Assembly (NCBI GenBank): GCA_965243025.1 | Contig: CBDETY010000003.1 | Location: forward strand, 5,536,001-5,600,000 | Origin: Candidatus Latescibacterota bacterium | GTDB taxonomy: Bacteria; Latescibacterota; UBA2968; UBA8231 | DNA length: 64,000 nt | Reading direction: 5' to 3' | Part shown: positions 62,635 to 64,000 of the stretch, one piece after another | Position numbering within the stretch: position 1 is the stretch's first letter | How the letters are laid out: every line of letters starts with the position of its first letter | Notes under the pieces: generated by a model | Seen by the model: only the letters and a program-made list of their open reading frames with translations | Told to the model about the DNA's origin: nothing | Database searches by the model: none | Position numbers and translations under genes: made by a program

Positions 62635-63597
62635 TCAGTCCCTGTCGGCAAAAGAACCATTCCCGGGAAAACCTGTTTCCAGGGAAGCCTTGATGCGTCC
62701 CCAGGAGACGGATTGAACCGCGGAGTCGCCAGGCTTCCCGCCGGGGCCCAGCAGCAGCCCATCGGCAAAGAAGTCCGCTCCTTCCCCTCCAGTACCTTCA
62801 TCATTCTGATCAGACAGAAAGAACCGGGCATTTCGCGTCGAGTCCCTGTCCCAGTCATTCACTAAAAAATCGAACCCGATCACGCTGCCTTCGGAAAACC
62901 GGGATACGACACTGTCCCCGGGGTTCAACGCGTCCAACTGGTCGAAGCAGGTCGCAAAGAATTCGATCACCCAGAATGTGGGGTTCTCGCCGACAACTCC
63001 ACCACCTCCAAAGGCGAACGGCGGCTCCAATATCCAGGCAGCATCCACGAACTGTGATACAAAAGGCAGATCAACCAGAGGTCCGCTTGCCACCCGAGAA
63101 ATCGCCTCGTAATGCTGCGCCTGCCTGTTGTTGTTTGGGTTGAGCTCAGGAGTCTCATTCGGTCCGTGAGCATTGATGAATTCGTATGGCCCCCCGGAAT
63201 GATCGCCATCCACAAGCAGTGCGATGCTGTCGGCAAAATAGAAAATGGGAGGGTCGTCATTGCGATACACGTCGTCGGCGAATTCGGTAGCGGCATGGAT
63301 CTTCCCCTCCTTCGTCCATCCCAGCCAGATGCGGAAATCGAGGTTGGAAGGATCGTACTGGTCGTAGGAGATCAGCGATGGATGCGACATCAGAGTGAAG
63401 TCCAAAGGCGACAGCGTCGGCTCGCCCAGGGCATCGACCCAATCCTCAACGTGGCCGTCCAGTTCAATGTCCGCCAGAGTTTCCGGCGACAGGTAGGCAA
63501 TTGGAAACAGACGGTCCCCCATGTGGGCGCCGGAAGGGAGGGAATTGGCCAGAACTGCACAAAGCACCAAGCTGAAAACCGGACGGTTGCAGGTCAT
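62635..63597 (-). CDS. Secreted CBM9/DOMON-like protein with SWGRIK tail
   Basis: Signal ending SGA; DGHVEDW, FRIWLGW, VDGDHSGG, QAQHY, GENPTFWVIEF; SAVQSVSWGRIKASL; AT-richer. Confidence 0.8.
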   Translation of the reverse strand: MTCNRPVFSLVLCAVLANSLPSGAHMGDRLFPIAYLSPETLADIELDGHVEDWVDALGEPTLSPLDFTLMSHPSLISYDQYDPSNLDFRIWLGWTKEGKIHAATEFADDVYRNDDPPIFYFADSIALLVDGDHSGGPYEFINAHGPNETPELNPNNNRQAQHYEAISRVASGPLVDLPFVSQFVDAAWILEPPFAFGGGGVVGENPTFWVIEFFATCFDQLDALNPGDSVVSRFSEGSVIGFDFLVNDWDRDSTRNARFFLSDQNDEGTGGEGADFFADGLLLGPGGKPGDSAVQSVSWGRIKASLETGFPGNGSFADRD

Positions 63598-63678
63598 GAA
63601 TGACTCCCAATCTCCGTTCAGTATGGTTCTCGTTCGAGCGGAAAAACGCAACCCTTTTTGAACACTCTCCTGCTAGAC

Positions 63679-64000
63679 TCAGGGCCGCACGGCCGCGCCG
63701 CTCTCGATCGACGCGAACACCGCGTCGATGACCCGCATCTGCCCCAGGCTGTTCTGCGGGGAGATGCGGTACTCGCCGCCGCGCTCCAGGCAATCGCGCA
63801 GGTGCTGCAGCTGCAGGGCGAACTGGTAGACCGGGGGGAAGTCGAAGCGGGCGTTGCCGCCGGCGAACACCGCGTCGATGGCGGTCGGCTGGTTCTCGTT
63901 GTTCCAGGCCAAGTCGGCGCGCAGCCGCCCTCCGGTCCCGTGGATCTCGACGTACTGCGTGGCGTAATAGGTGTATCCGACGGCGATCTCCGCAGTTCCG
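63679..64000 (-). CDS. Gfo/Idh/MocA oxidoreductase, C-terminal part (5' partial)
   Basis: VEIHGTGGRL ... YQFALQLQHLRDCL ... MRVIDAVFASIESG; frame runs off window end. Confidence 0.75.
   Translation of the reverse strand, partial: GTAEIAVGYTYYATQYVEIHGTGGRLRADLAWNNENQPTAIDAVFAGGNARFDFPPVYQFALQLQHLRDCLERGGEYRISPQNSLGQMRVIDAVFASIESGAAVRP

Overview
High-GC bacterial chromosomal window, densely coding (about 56 genes). No rRNA, tRNA, CRISPR array, transposase or integrase was seen. Gene content is suggestive of an FCB-group uncultured lineage such as Latescibacterota/Gemmatimonadota; this is inference only. Most genes serve transport and catabolism: a yejABEF peptide ABC operon plus an extra YejA, two sugar ABC clusters lacking an ATPase, three DUF6785-type membrane proteins, aldolases, enolase-superfamily dehydratases, several oxidoreductases and a BNR sialidase-like protein. 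Also present are acs, moeA, nfuA, polB, an AbrB-PIN toxin-antitoxin pair and an ECF sigma factor with a HEAT-like extension. The most striking feature is a five-member family of AT-richer secreted CBM9/DOMON-like proteins at three separate loci. They share a conserved framework, hypervariable loops and a common C-terminal tail, [TS]-[AV]-V-[EQ]-[SN]-[VLI]-[ST]-W-[AG]-R-I-K-[AS]-[SA]-L, which may be an undescribed sorting signal; one member is an internal-deletion mini-gene retaining only the signal peptide and tail region. Other points: two recent tandem duplications with localized divergence, a probable amidohydrolase-fold dinuclear oxygenase with Rieske ferredoxin and flavin reductase, in-frame VNTRs, and several disrupted genes.
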